From an uncultured bacterium (GTDB taxonomy: Bacteria > SAR324 > NAC60-12): a stretch of DNA of 45,775 nt. The position numbers were made by a program, and so were the translations under genes. The notes under the pieces were generated by a model that was not told the DNA's origin, made no database searches, and saw only the letters and a list, made by a program, of their open reading frames with translations. The stretch spans positions 47,476 through 93,250 of the forward strand of contig CBFIJD010000008.1 of the NCBI GenBank assembly GCA_965662845.1, read 5' to 3'. Shown here in pieces: positions 1 to 11,981 of the stretch (position 1 is the first letter of the stretch; each line of letters starts with the position of its first letter).

Positions 1-84
1 CGGCGCGCGAGTGAACCCTTGAACTTTCACTTTGAGAATCTCTCTGAAAACAGCGCCCTGTTCTGTTTAGAAGTGCGCGTCTAA
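1..84 (+). CDS. Possible 3' end of an unidentified CDS entering the window
   Basis: Frame 1 is open from base 1 to TAA at 82-84 (RRASEPLNFHFENLSENSALFCLEVRV*) and converges on the truA stop. Too short to identify. Confidence 0.3.
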   Translation, partial: RRASEPLNFHFENLSENSALFCLEVRV

Positions 85-914
85 GCGAACGGGTGCTGCT
101 CCACCGAGTCGTCCCACACGACCATCCCCTCCGGATAGATCGCTCGCAGTTGATATAGGCCGCCCGCCGGTGCCGTCTTTCCCGCGTGGGCCCGATTTCT
201 TCTCGCCAAGGCTATTTGCACAGACTCCACGCTGCGCGTCCCCATCCCGACTTCCACAATCGTCCCAACTAAAATACGAACCATGTGCTGGAGAAACGAG
301 CTGGCCTCGACCTCAATGCGCAGGTTCCCCCACACCGATTGCGCAGGAGCAATTTGAAACACAAGAAGCGTTTTGACGGGATCAGGTGCAGAACAGCGAG
401 CCGCGCGAAAGGACGTGAAGTCATGTGTGCCTAGCAGCGAATCAGCGGCGGCCTGCATTGCTTCTAAATCTAAAGGACGGCGAATCCACCAACTATAGCT
501 GGCGGCGAAAGAATTCCGAAACGGGGCGTTGTGGAGCAGGTACAGGTAGCGTTTGCCCAGCGCGCTGTAGCGGGCATGAAAGTGCGAGGGCATCTCCTGC
601 ACAGCCTTGACAGTGATGTCTTGCGGCAACAGCCCGTTGAGCGCGGCTTGCCACTTTTGCGCAGAGAGCGGGGCTGCGCTCTCAAAGTGAGCGGTGTAGT
701 TCAGACCATGTACCCCTGCGTCGGTGCGACCGCAGCCTAGGACTTTGTGAAACTGACCGGTGATGCGCTCCAGGGCTTTTTCAACTTCGGCCTCGACAGT
801 GGGGTGGTTGGGCTGAACCTGCCATCCAGCATAACGACTTCCATCGTAGGATAGCAGGAGGAGCCAAGTGCGGCGGGGAAGGGGGGCAGGAGACTCAGGC
901 GGTTTCGGCTGCAC
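81..914 (-). CDS. truA: tRNA pseudouridine(38-40) synthase TruA
   Basis: Motifs YDGSRYAGWQVQP, GRTDAGVH (catalytic Asp), FHARYSA, G.HDFTSFR, FLQHMVRILVG and TAPAGGL. GTG at 914 is preferred over the ORF-track start, which lies deeper inside trxA. Confidence 0.95.
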   Translation of the reverse strand: MQPKPPESPAPLPRRTWLLLLSYDGSRYAGWQVQPNHPTVEAEVEKALERITGQFHKVLGCGRTDAGVHGLNYTAHFESAAPLSAQKWQAALNGLLPQDITVKAVQEMPSHFHARYSALGKRYLYLLHNAPFRNSFAASYSWWIRRPLDLEAMQAAADSLLGTHDFTSFRAARCSAPDPVKTLLVFQIAPAQSVWGNLRIEVEASSFLQHMVRILVGTIVEVGMGTRSVESVQIALARRNRAHAGKTAPAGGLYQLRAIYPEGMVVWDDSVEQHPFA

Positions 915-1224
915 GGGCGGCCATCGACTTGATGCGCTGAGGGTCGTTGCCTGTGACGCTGTCGACGAGTTTGCCATCTTTCATCATGATCACGGTCGGG
1001 ATGCCGCGGATGCCGAAGCGGACGGCGGCGCGCTGATTGGAGTCTACATCTAACTTACAGACTTTGATTTTGTCGCCGAGCTCGTCGGCAATTTCGTCAA
1101 TCACGGGCGCAAGTGCGCGGCAGGGCCCACACCACTCTGCCCAAAAATCAATGAGGGTGTAACCGCTGGCAGTTTGTTCGTCGAAGCTGTCATCGGTGAG
1201 GTGCATTACTTTTTCGCTGGCCAT
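895..1224 (-). CDS. trxA: Thioredoxin
   Basis: IDFWAEWCGPC active site and GIRGIPT cis-Pro loop. ATG at 1224 has an AAGGAG RBS. 109 aa. Confidence 0.96.
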   Translation of the reverse strand: MASEKVMHLTDDSFDEQTASGYTLIDFWAEWCGPCRALAPVIDEIADELGDKIKVCKLDVDSNQRAAVRFGIRGIPTVIMMKDGKLVDSVTGNDPQRIKSMAARAAETA

Positions 1225-1292
1225 CGGTTCTCCTTGAATGGGGTCAAAAGCCCAGAAACCTAGCAAACCCTTGCCTGAGTGACAAGGTTGTT

Positions 1293-1685
1293 TCAGCCCT
1301 CTGCTGTGTGAGGACAAAGTTGAAAATTCATCGCTCGTACCGTGTCGGCGTAATCTTCCCCAAACTCTTGGATGGTTTCGTCTCCTTCTTCATAGTGCCA
1401 CTCAAGATGAACGGTGTTGCCTCGTCGGGCCGTGTCTTCTAATAAATCAAAAAGCAACATCAGTGACTTAGCGCTGAAACTGTTGAAGTAGACCAACTCC
1501 ATGCGCACATGGATCGTCGTGTTTTCTAGCGCGCTGAAATACAGCTCCATCTTTTCGAGGAGCGGCTGATAAAAACGACTCACGTCTTCGGGAAAGGACT
1601 CTCCGCTGATTTCCAGAGTGTGTTTTTCTTTGTGGAAAGAGACCTTCGGGGTGCGGTCGGTGGCTTCAAGGTGAAAGGTGTCCAT
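1293..1685 (-). CDS. siaC: SiaC-family (DUF1987) regulatory phosphoprotein
   Basis: Motifs T..TP.V.F, L.ISGES.PED...FY.P, YFNS.S.K.L and V.L.WHY...D....E.GED are typical of DUF1987/SiaC. 130 aa. Confidence 0.8.
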   Translation of the reverse strand: MDTFHLEATDRTPKVSFHKEKHTLEISGESFPEDVSRFYQPLLEKMELYFSALENTTIHVRMELVYFNSFSAKSLMLLFDLLEDTARRGNTVHLEWHYEEGDETIQEFGEDYADTVRAMNFQLCPHTAEG

Positions 1686-1697
1686 AATACTGCGTGG

Positions 1698-2163
1698 CTA
1701 GAGTTGAATGCCAAAGAAGGTCACGTCGTCGCACAAGTTCGGTAGGGGGACTTGTTGCGTGATCGTTTCAGCGAGCTCGCGATAATTCAGCAGCCAATCG
1801 CCGCGCTGCGAACGCAACACTTCAGAGGTCGCAAGGTGATACGGCGCCGTGAGCAAGGTGACTTGATGGTTCAGGATTTTGGAGATAGTTCAGCATCCCA
1901 CCATAGCCAAAACCTGTGACGACAACGACAGAGCGCTGGTGCAGCGGTTCCTTGCGGGGGGGCAACTCTGCAGAAAGGTCGAGCGTGTGAGCGCGCAGCT
2001 CTAGGCCAGGGAGAATGTGATCCCCACCGAGCACATCGCTTTCCAGCTCGCTAGCGCTACGAATCGCAACAAAGAGCGGGTTCAGCCCTGTCCCCAGGTT
2101 GTGATAGAAGCGCTGTGGAAGAAAGCACTCTTTGGTTTGGAGTGTGGGAAGTGCTTGTCTCAA
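1698..2163 (-). pseudogene. Degenerate PP2C/SpoIIE (SiaA-like) phosphatase fragment
   Basis: The frame ending at TAG 1698-1700 reads ...PNLCDDVTFFGIQL*, matching the SpoIIE C-terminal DDxT motif, but has an in-frame stop at 1890-1892. A different frame (1822-2163) carries NPLFVA...LGG...HTLDL, weakly SpoIIE-like. Lies directly upstream of siaC. Confidence 0.4.
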
Positions 2164-2228
2164 GAAGGCACTCTTCTGTCAGAAACCAGCTTCAATCGCA
2201 AGTGCCGTGAGACGACAGCCCCCGCCGC

Positions 2229-3155
2229 TCATTCTTCGGCAAATACGGGGACTTCGGGTAAGAATTGATAACCTGACGTCGCAAGGAAATCCCACAGCGC
2301 CTGGGTCGCAGGCAAGAGCCGCTTTTCGTTCAGGCGGACGACGTGCCACTGACGCACGAGCGGCATGCCGACCACATCCAAGATCGCGAGCCGCTTTTGT
2401 TCCAACTCGGCAGCGATGGTGTGAGCGGAGATAAAGGCAATTCCGAGACCCGCCATCACCCCTTGCTTGATGGATTCATTGCTCCCAATCTCCATCCCAC
2501 CCCGCCAATCGACGCCCTGCTCACTCACAAACTGCTGCAATAGTTGTCGAGTCCCAGAGCCTTGTTCACGCAACAAGATCGTCTCCTTGGTGAGCCGAGA
2601 GAGGGGAATGCGAGATTGCTTGGTGAGCGCATGATCTGGGGGGGCAATGAACACGTGCGGGTGCTCTCCAATGACTTCCGACACCACCTGCACTTCTTTG
2701 GGAGGGCGCCCCATGATCGCAAAGTCAAGCGTAGGCGCGGTGAGGCCCTCCATCGTCTCATCGCGATTTCCTACCGAGAAGGTCAACTGCACTTGTGGGT
2801 GTGCGCGCAAAAACGCCGCGACGGCCTGTGGCACAAAATATTTCGCGGTGCTGATCACGCCAATGGCGATCCGACCGCTGTCAATGCCACGCAAATAGGC
2901 CAGCGACTCCTCACACTCTCGCACAAGCTCTTCAATCTTTTGCGCCATATCGTTCAATTTTTGCCCCGCTTCTGTCAGACGGAAACCCTGCTTGCCTCGC
3001 TCTAGCAAGGGGAGACCGGCCTGCTCTTCAAGCAAGCGTAGCTGCAAGGTGATGGCTGGCGGTGTAACGTCCAGAGCCTCTGCTGCGGTGGTCACTTGTC
3101 CGGTTCGGGCGACCATGCGCAGTGCGCGTAGCTGCTTGAAAGTGAGGTTCTTCAT
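2229..3155 (-). CDS. cbbR: LysR-type Calvin cycle regulator CbbR
   Basis: LysR HTH (TFKQLR...T.AAEALDVTPPAITLQLR), CbbR-typical GVISTAKYFVP, REQGSGTR and SNESIKQGVMAGLGIAFIS.HT. Divergent from the cbb genes. ATG at 3155 with AAGGA RBS. Confidence 0.93.
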   Translation of the reverse strand: MKNLTFKQLRALRMVARTGQVTTAAEALDVTPPAITLQLRLLEEQAGLPLLERGKQGFRLTEAGQKLNDMAQKIEELVRECEESLAYLRGIDSGRIAIGVISTAKYFVPQAVAAFLRAHPQVQLTFSVGNRDETMEGLTAPTLDFAIMGRPPKEVQVVSEVIGEHPHVFIAPPDHALTKQSRIPLSRLTKETILLREQGSGTRQLLQQFVSEQGVDWRGGMEIGSNESIKQGVMAGLGIAFISAHTIAAELEQKRLAILDVVGMPLVRQWHVVRLNEKRLLPATQALWDFLATSGYQFLPEVPVFAEE

Positions 3156-3360
3156 ACCATCCTTTAGTTTTTGTGAAGGGGGTGTAAGAGGAACTAAAAA
3201 AATGTGCCGATCTCGTCTTTTGGAAAGCTGTGCTTCAACTCTCTTGCCAAGAAAATTTAGTCCGACATAAAAGTTAGCAGAATCAGTGATTTGCATGTTA
3301 CCTCGGGCTGGAGTGACATACAATCTCCCGATGGAAAAAGAAGTTTCTTTTGTCAAAAAT

Positions 3361-3394
3361 TTAGTATTTCTGAATATAAACTCAATATTTTTTA
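3361..3394. promoter_or_regulatory. Two CbbR/LysR boxes (TNA-N7-TNA)
   Basis: TTA-gtatttc-TGA (3361-3373) and TCA-atatttt-TTA (3382-3394), 21 bp apart, in the AT-rich cbbR/cbbF spacer and abutting a -35 element. Confidence 0.65.
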
Positions 3395-3395
3395 T

Positions 3396-3424
3396 TTTAC
3401 TTTTGGAAAAGGCTTATGTATCAC
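3396..3424 (+). promoter_or_regulatory. Putative sigma70 cbb operon promoter
   Basis: TTTACT (3396-3401), 17-bp spacer, TATCAC (3419-3424), immediately downstream of the LysR boxes. Followed by the inverted repeat GTCAAAACC/GGTTTTGAC (3439-3469). Confidence 0.55.
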
Positions 3425-3588
3425 TCTTGCCACACTTGGTCAAAACCCTCCGAAATCCTAGGTTTTGACTGGTATGTTTGAACCTTTGAATGTTTTTCAT
3501 TTAGCGAATCTGTTGTTTTTGCTTTTATTCTTAAGAAAAAGTGAATAAGCAGGGCCATCATTCCAAGAGTGTTAGTAGGGAGGACACG

Positions 3589-4638
3589 ATGACTTTGGAA
3601 GAATATTTACGTACCTGGGAAGGCGCGGCAACCGGCGCAGAGCGCGAGCTGCGCGTCGCTGTCGGGCAGACGATCACAGCGTTGATGCAAGGCGCCCCAG
3701 AGCTAGGAGACTTACTTTCACAGGGGCCTCTCGCAGGTCAAATGTCAGCGCTTGTGGGAGAGCACGCAGACGGCGACACCCAAAAAGAGCTGGACCTCCG
3801 CGCCCACGACATGTTCGTCGCGGCGTTGCGCGAGGCTCCGGTCGCCGCTGTTGGCTCTGAAGAAGCCGACGAGGTGGTCTATTTGCGCAGAGACCAACCG
3901 CTCGCGGTCGCCATGGATCCCCTCGACGGCTCGTCTAACATCGACACCAACCTCAGCGTCGGCACGCTCTTCTCAATCTTGCCGATGGACAAAGCCCCTT
4001 CACCCACAGGCGATGGCCCCTTCCTTCAGCCGGGGACTCACCAGCTCGCCGCCGGTTTTGTGATCTTTGGTCCTCAAACCGCGCTGGTGCTCAGCGTGGG
4101 CGAAGGCACGCAAATCTTCATTGAAGACCGCCGCACCGGCACGTTTCATCTGGGCTATGAGAATATTCGCGTCAAGAGCGGCAACCCTGAGTACGCCATC
4201 AACGCCTCCAACTACCGGCACTGGGATGACTCGATTCGCACCTACGTCAACGACTGTCTCTCTGGCGCTGAGGGGCCTCGGGGGCTGAACTTCAACATGC
4301 GCTGGGTGGCATCCATGGTCGCAGATGCCTACCGCATCTTCATGCGCGGCGGCGTTTATCTTTATCCGGCAGACAACCGCAAAGGGTACGGCAAAGGTCG
4401 GCTGCGCTTGGTCTATGAAGCCAACCCGATCGGGATGCTCATGGAGCAAGCCGGTGGCTTGGCGACCGACTGTGAGAACCGCATCTTGGAGATCGTCCCG
4501 ACCTCGCTGCATCAACGCACTCCGCTGGTATTTGGAACCGCTGAGAAGGTGGAGATGATTCGCCGTTATCACCAAGAACTCAACGCTCTGGGAGATCGCT
4601 CGCCGCTCTTCCGCCGGCGCAGCCTGTTCCATCCCTAA
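3589..4638 (+). CDS. cbbF: Class 1 fructose-1,6-/sedoheptulose-1,7-bisphosphatase
   Basis: GD.QK.LD, SEE, DPLDGSSNID.N.SVGT.FS, NMRWVASMVAD and GRLRLVYEANP. ATG at 3589 after GGAGGA. Confidence 0.96.
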   Translation: MTLEEYLRTWEGAATGAERELRVAVGQTITALMQGAPELGDLLSQGPLAGQMSALVGEHADGDTQKELDLRAHDMFVAALREAPVAAVGSEEADEVVYLRRDQPLAVAMDPLDGSSNIDTNLSVGTLFSILPMDKAPSPTGDGPFLQPGTHQLAAGFVIFGPQTALVLSVGEGTQIFIEDRRTGTFHLGYENIRVKSGNPEYAINASNYRHWDDSIRTYVNDCLSGAEGPRGLNFNMRWVASMVADAYRIFMRGGVYLYPADNRKGYGKGRLRLVYEANPIGMLMEQAGGLATDCENRILEIVPTSLHQRTPLVFGTAEKVEMIRRYHQELNALGDRSPLFRRRSLFHP

Positions 4639-4694
4639 CACTCACGGTCTTCTCAGGCCCCGAAACCCGATCACCGCCCGCACAGGAACCTCGC

Positions 4695-5570
4695 ATGTCT
4701 ATCAAGCACCCGATTATCTCGATTACTGGCTCTTCGGGAGCCGGCACCAGCACCGTTCGCCACACCTTTGAGCAGATCTTCCGCCGTGAAAACGTCAAAG
4801 CGGCGTTCATTGAAGGGGACGCCTTCCACGCCTTTGACCGCAAGGGAATGAAAGAAGCGGGGCGTAAAGCCGAAGCGGCAGGCAATTACTCGTTCAGTCA
4901 CTTTGGCCCCGAAGCCAACCTCCTGAGCGAGCTAGAGGCCGTCTTCAAAGAATTTAGCGAGACCGGGAGAGGTCGCACGCGCCATTACATCCACGACGCT
5001 GAAGAAGCCGAGCAATATCACGGAGAACCTGGCACGTTCACGGAGTGGGAGCCGCTCCCAGAAGACGCAGAGATCTTGTTCTATGAAGGGCTGCATGGCG
5101 CCGTCGTCACGGATGAAGTCAACTTAGCGCAGCACGCCGACTTAAAGATTGGGGTCGTCCCCGTCATCAACCTGGAGTGGATTCAGAAGATTCACCGCGA
5201 CAAAGCCAACCGAGGCTATTCCACCGAGGCGGTCACCCAGACCATCCTGCGGCGCATGCACGACTATGTGGAGTATATCTGCCCGCAATTTTCGCAGACC
5301 GACATCAACTTTCAGCGCATCCCGACGGTGGACACCTCCAACCCGTTTGTCTCACGCTGGATTCCCACGCCCGATGAGTCGATGGTCGTGATCCGCTTCG
5401 CCAATCCTTATGGCATTGACTTCTCTTATTTGTTGTCAATGATTCACAGCAGCTTTATGTCTCGCGCCAACTCCATCGTCATTCCGGGTAACAAAATGGA
5501 TTTAGCGATGCAGTTGATCCTCACTCCGTTCATTCATCGCTTGGTTGAGCATAAGCGCCGAGCGGCCTAA
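4695..5570 (+). CDS. cbbP: Phosphoribulokinase (proteobacterial class I)
   Basis: [20 protein letters not shown]-loop, [24 protein letters not shown] and [15 protein letters not shown]. Confidence 0.97.
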   Translation: MSIKHPIISITGSSGAGTSTVRHTFEQIFRRENVKAAFIEGDAFHAFDRKGMKEAGRKAEAAGNYSFSHFGPEANLLSELEAVFKEFSETGRGRTRHYIHDAEEAEQYHGEPGTFTEWEPLPEDAEILFYEGLHGAVVTDEVNLAQHADLKIGVVPVINLEWIQKIHRDKANRGYSTEAVTQTILRRMHDYVEYICPQFSQTDINFQRIPTVDTSNPFVSRWIPTPDESMVVIRFANPYGIDFSYLLSMIHSSFMSRANSIVIPGNKMDLAMQLILTPFIHRLVEHKRRAA

Positions 5571-5659
5571 CTTGGTCTGACCACCACGCGTCGCTCTGCT
5601 GTTCTTCGTCGTACCTGTGCTCGGGCAGGGAAGTAACCTCGTCTCATGGAAGGATTTTT

Positions 5660-7650
<1,991 letters not shown>

Positions 7651-7651
<1 letters not shown>

Positions 7652-8847
7652 TGCCACACATTCGCAAACTAGACGACCTTGACTTGCAAGGAAAACGCGT
7701 GCTCGTTCGCGCTGATTTGAACGTCCCCATGGACGGCGGAACCGTCACCGACGCGACCCGCGTCGAGCGCTTTGCTCCCACAGTGACCCTGCTCCGCGAA
7801 AAGGGCGCAGCCGTCGTGGTCATGAGCCACTGGGGACGCCCAAAGGGCAAGAAGGCTCCCGACATGTCGCTAGCGCCCGTGACGGCGGTGTTGGCCGAGG
7901 CCGTTGGGGGCGCGGTGACCTTCGTGCAGGACTGCATCGGTGCCGAAGCCGAAGCCGCGACCGCCGCCCTCCAAGCTGGGGAGGTGGCGCTGTTGGAAAA
8001 TGTCCGCTTCTATGCTGGCGAAGAAGCCAACGATGACGCCTTCGCTCAGCAGCTCGCCAAGCACGGCGACATTTATGTGAGCGACGCCTTCTCGTCCGCG
8101 CACCGTGCGCACGCTTCTACGCATGCGGTCAGCAAGTTCCTGCCTACATACGCCGGCCCCAGCATGTTCGCTGAACTAGAAGCTCTCCAAGCGGCGCTTG
8201 AAAATCCAGAGCGCCCCGTCGCCGCGTTGGTCGGAGGCGCAAAGGTCTCCAGCAAGATCGACGTGCTCCAGCATCTCGTCCCCCGCATGAACAAACTGAT
8301 CATCGGTGGCGGCATGGCGAACACTTTCTTACTCGCGCTAGGCAAGCCTATCGGAAAGTCTCTCGCCGAGCCTGACTTGATCGAGACTGCCCAGCAGATC
8401 ATCGCGCAAGCCAAAGAGGTCGGCTGCGAGCTAGTCCTCCCTCAAGACGTCGTCGCGGCTTCCGAGTTCAAAGCGCAGGCCTCTTGCCTTGTCCTCGAAG
8501 CGCACATGACCCCTGACGACCGCATGATCCTCGACGTTGGCCCAGTGTCGGTGAGTCAGTATGAGACGCATTTGGAAGAGTGCAAAACCCTGCTCTGGAA
8601 CGGCCCCCTCGGCGCGTTTGAGATGGAACCGTTTGGAGAGGGAACCTTCGCGCTCGCTCGCAAAGCGGCTGAGCTGACCAAAGCGGGCGCTCTGGTGACC
8701 GTGGCCGGTGGCGGAGACACCGTCGCGGCGCTCAACGTCGCAGGCGTGACCGACGACTTTACCTACGTCTCCACGGCTGGCGGCGCCTTCCTAGAGTGGA
8801 TGGAGGGCAAGAAACTGCCGGGCGTCAGCGTTTTGATGCAGGACTGA
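7651..8847 (+). CDS. pgk: Phosphoglycerate kinase
   Basis: RADLNVP, SHWGRPKG, LLENVRF, GGAKVSSKI, WNGPLG.FE, GGGDT and STAGGAFLE. Start overlaps the cbbT stop (TGATG); cbbK position. Confidence 0.97.
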
Positions 8848-8865
8848 GTACCCCCGATCAACCAA

Positions 8866-8899
8866 GGCGAAGTTGCGGCTTCGCCGCCTCTTTTTCTTT
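8866..8899 (+). terminator. Intra-operonic hairpin plus T-rich tract between pgk and cbbA
   Basis: GGCGAAG-ttgcgg-CTTCGCC (8866-8885) followed by gcctcTTTTTCTTT. Confidence 0.45.
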
Positions 8900-8922
8900 C
8901 AACGCACCATTGAGGACACAAC

Positions 8923-9999
8923 ATGGCACGCATCACTCTACGACAACTCTTAGACCACGCCGCTGAAGAGACCTATGGCGTCCCCGCCTTCAACATCAAC
9001 AACATGGAGCAAGTGCTCGCCATCATGGAAGCGGCTCGCGCCGTTGACGCGCCCGTCATTCTGCAAGCCAGCCGAGGCGCTCGCTCCTACGCCGGTGACA
9101 CGATGATTCGCCACATGGTCGAAGCCGCTGAAGAAATGTATCCCGAGATCCCCATCTGTTTGCACCAAGATCACGGCAACAACGAAGCCACTTGTTTCTC
9201 AGCGATTCAGGCCGGGTTCACCTCCGTCATGATGGATGGCTCGCTCGAAGCCGACGCCAAGACGCCAGCCTCTTATGACTACAACTTGAGCATCACCGCA
9301 AAAGTGACCGAGATGTCACACGACGTCGGCGTCTCGGTAGAGGGCGAGCTGGGATGCTTGGGTTCCTTGGAGACTGGCGAGGGGGAGAAGGAAGACGGGC
9401 ACGGCGCCGAAGGCAAGCTCAGCCGAGACCAGCTGCTGACCGATCCCGCTCAAGCCGAAGACTTCGTGAGCCGCACCAAAGTAGACGCTTTGGCGATTGC
9501 GATGGGGACTTCCCACGGCGCGTACAAATTCTCACGCAAACCAGACGGCGACATTCTCGCGATGGAAGTGGTCAAAGAGATCAACCGCCGGATGCCCGGT
9601 CTGCACCTCGTGATGCACGGCTCTTCCAGCGTGCCGCAAGCGCTACAGGATCTGTTCAACGCGTTTGGTGGCGAGATGCCACAGACATGGGGCGTGCCCG
9701 TAGAAGAGATTCAGGAGGGCATCAAATACGGCGTCCGCAAGGTGAATATCGACACCGATTGTCGCTTAGCCATGGCAGGCGCCATGCGCAAAATTGCCCA
9801 AGAGAAGAAGTCGGAGTTTGACCCGCGCAAGTTCCTCAAACCGGCAATGGAGGCGATGCAGCAGCTGGTGAAAGACCGCTATGAGCAGTTCAACACCGCC
9901 GGGCAGGCGTCTAAGATCAAGGTCATCAACGTGCAAGAGATGGCGAAGCGCTACCGTTCGGGATCGCTGGATCTCAGCGCCACAGCGAAAGCGGCGTAA
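8923..9999 (+). CDS. cbbA: Class II fructose-bisphosphate aldolase (Calvin-cycle subtype)
   Basis: [52 protein letters not shown] and KVNIDTD. Confidence 0.97.
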   Translation: MARITLRQLLDHAAEETYGVPAFNINNMEQVLAIMEAARAVDAPVILQASRGARSYAGDTMIRHMVEAAEEMYPEIPICLHQDHGNNEATCFSAIQAGFTSVMMDGSLEADAKTPASYDYNLSITAKVTEMSHDVGVSVEGELGCLGSLETGEGEKEDGHGAEGKLSRDQLLTDPAQAEDFVSRTKVDALAIAMGTSHGAYKFSRKPDGDILAMEVVKEINRRMPGLHLVMHGSSSVPQALQDLFNAFGGEMPQTWGVPVEEIQEGIKYGVRKVNIDTDCRLAMAGAMRKIAQEKKSEFDPRKFLKPAMEAMQQLVKDRYEQFNTAGQASKIKVINVQEMAKRYRSGSLDLSATAKAA

Positions 10000-10480
10000 G
10001 CGGTTCTGGAGGCCTTTGTTGCACCACACAGAGGCACCTCAAGAAGACAGAAAAATCAGCTTTTGATTCCACGAGCGCCCGTTTGGTCAGACGCGGGTCG
10101 CTCCGTTCGTCTCGAGCCCGTTGAGGTTCTTCAGACCTTCCTCCGCGTGGCTCGGTTCGAACGTCATCTCCCAATGACAGCTCAGCTTGAGGTCATGTCT
10201 GACGCACACAAAATTCGTGGGTCGTCCCGCAGCCCGTTCGCTTGGCTGCGGGGTGAGCCGCAGCGGCGGGCGCATCCTCCCAGCTCCTGCCAAAGCGGCG
10301 CTCTGGATGGTTTCTCTCTTGAGACCATCTTGTGCGTCTCTTTGCTGTTTTTGTGTGGGACGGATAGCGAACCGATTTTGCGCAAAGTCAACGCTGCTGG
10401 CTGCCCATCAAAGTTTGAAAGCAAGAAGACTGTTGCACCCGCGACGTCTCGCATTGCTAACACTTAGCTAGATTGTGAAT

Positions 10481-11071
10481 ATGCAGTTATCTATCGAAGA
10501 ACGCAGGCGAATCCGTGAGCGTTATGCTCGCCAACAAGTGACCCAAAAACAACTGGCAGACGATTTTCAGGTGTCTCTGAGCACGGTCAGTCGCATTCTC
10601 AAATGCCCCGAAGAGAATTTGCATCGACGCCCAGGCAGCGGAAACCCTGGAAAAATTCACGAGCGCGAGCGTCAGTGTTTGGTGCGTTTTGCTGAACAGA
10701 ACCCAGAAGCTCGGCTGCATGAATATGCCAAAGAGCTGGAGAGAGAGTGCGGCGTGCGCGTGAGCCTGCAAACCATCGGCGTGCACCTGAAACGCTTGAA
10801 ATTACCCGCAAAGAAAGCCGCCTTTGCGCTCGCGGGCTCCTCACGCACAAAGAGCCACCGAAGCGCTCTGCGTGCCGGAGCAGAGGCCAACTCCCAGCGC
10901 AGTCGAACCCAAGGCAATCGGGAGAGGAGACACGCGCACGAACCCAACGTGGCAGCAGAAGCCGACTTGATGTTGGGCTATAGCAAGGGCAACAACTATC
11001 CAGAGCGGGTGGAAAGCCCTCGCCTACGCCCCGCCCCGTCGGCGTCCGCTTGCATGTCGCAGACGGCTTGA
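10481..11071 (+). mobile_element. IS630-family transposase N-terminal DNA-binding (HTH) region without DDE domain; remnant or domesticated regulator
   Basis: LS.EER.RI, QLADDFQVSLSTVSRI (HTH), RPGSG.P.K, NP.A.L.E...L...GV.VS..TI...LKRL....KK match IS630 OrfA architecture. No DDE motif seen in any of the three forward frames before rpe. Confidence 0.65.
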
Positions 11072-11141
11072 GTGCCGGAACTCAGCAGAAGCCGCCCCCT
11101 CTGCTCTTTCCTTGTCGTAACGTAATCACTGGAGAGTCACT

Positions 11142-11807
11142 ATGAGCGAAGCCATTATTTCCCCGTCGATCCTGTCTGCTGATTTTGCGCGCCTCGGTGA
11201 AGAGGTCAAAGCCGTCGCTGACGCAGGCGCAGACTGGATTCATGTCGATGTTATGGACGGCCATTTCGTGCCCAATATCACCATCGGCCCAGACGTCGTG
11301 AAGGCCGTTCGACCGTACACTGACAAGGTGTTCGACGTTCACCTCATGATCCAGCCCTGCGATCCTTATTTGGAAGCCTTCGCCACAGCGGGGGCCGACA
11401 TCATCACCGTACACGCGGAAGCGGGCCCGCACCTCGACCGCTCATTGCAGGCGATCAAAGCGCTCGGCAAAAAGGCAGGAGTCTCGTTGAACCCTTCGAC
11501 GCCGGAGACCGTCGTGGAGTATGTGCTAGACCGGCTCGACCTGATCCTCGTGATGACGGTCAACCCAGGCTTTGGCGGACAATCGTTCCTCGAATCACAG
11601 CTGGAGAAGATTCGTCGCCTGCGCCGAATGATTGGCGATCGCAAGATCGCGCTAGAAGTCGACGGCGGCATCAAGCCCGAGAACGCTGGCCGCGTGGCCG
11701 CAGCCGGAGCGGACACCTTTGTCGCGGGCTCAGCGGTCTTCAAAGGCGGCTCTCCCGAACACTACCGCCAGAATATCGAGGCGCTGCGAGCTTCGATCGC
11801 GGGCTGA
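11142..11807 (+). CDS. rpe: Ribulose-phosphate 3-epimerase
   Basis: [45 protein letters not shown] and VAGSAVF. cbbE position. Confidence 0.97.
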   Translation: MSEAIISPSILSADFARLGEEVKAVADAGADWIHVDVMDGHFVPNITIGPDVVKAVRPYTDKVFDVHLMIQPCDPYLEAFATAGADIITVHAEAGPHLDRSLQAIKALGKKAGVSLNPSTPETVVEYVLDRLDLILVMTVNPGFGGQSFLESQLEKIRRLRRMIGDRKIALEVDGGIKPENAGRVAAAGADTFVAGSAVFKGGSPEHYRQNIEALRASIAG

Positions 11808-11856
11808 CACGCTCCCCCTCTCAAACGCGCTCCCCTCACCCCAAATTTCCTCAAAA

Positions 11857-11874
11857 AGGCCCGAGAGCGGGCCT
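11857..11874. terminator. Hairpin downstream of rpe
   Basis: AGGCCCG-agag-CGGGCCT. The A-run is on the 5' side, so a U-tract exists only on the minus strand. Confidence 0.4.
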
Positions 11875-11888
11875 GCTGCGCTCAAAAG

Positions 11889-11916
11889 TTGACGAACAAA
11901 AAAGTTTATATATTGT
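11889..11916 (+). promoter_or_regulatory. Putative sigma70 promoter of the nqr operon
   Basis: TTGACG (11889-11894), 16-bp spacer, TATTGT (11911-11916) at the start of a very AT-rich leader. Confidence 0.55.
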
Positions 11917-11981
11917 TTAGTGCTTGTTTATTAAGAAAAATTAAAAAATAAAGTTGATTTGTTGAGGTTTTAATGTTTTTT

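Noticed and set aside
2119..2175. Near-identical 14-mers AAGAAAGCACTCTT / AAGAAGGCACTCTT
   Set aside because: Only two imperfect short copies. Cannot be distinguished from chance or shown to be a target-site duplication.
3156..3356. N-terminal extension of CbbR in the ORF track (375 aa)
   Set aside because: The LysR HTH starts at ATG 3155 with its own RBS. The extension runs through the AT-rich promoter region.
10063..10471. Several 66-134-aa ORFs between cbbA and the HTH gene as RuBisCO, CbbX or transposase remnants
   Set aside because: No RuBisCO, AAA+ or DDE motifs recognisable in the listed frames, and no convincing RBS.
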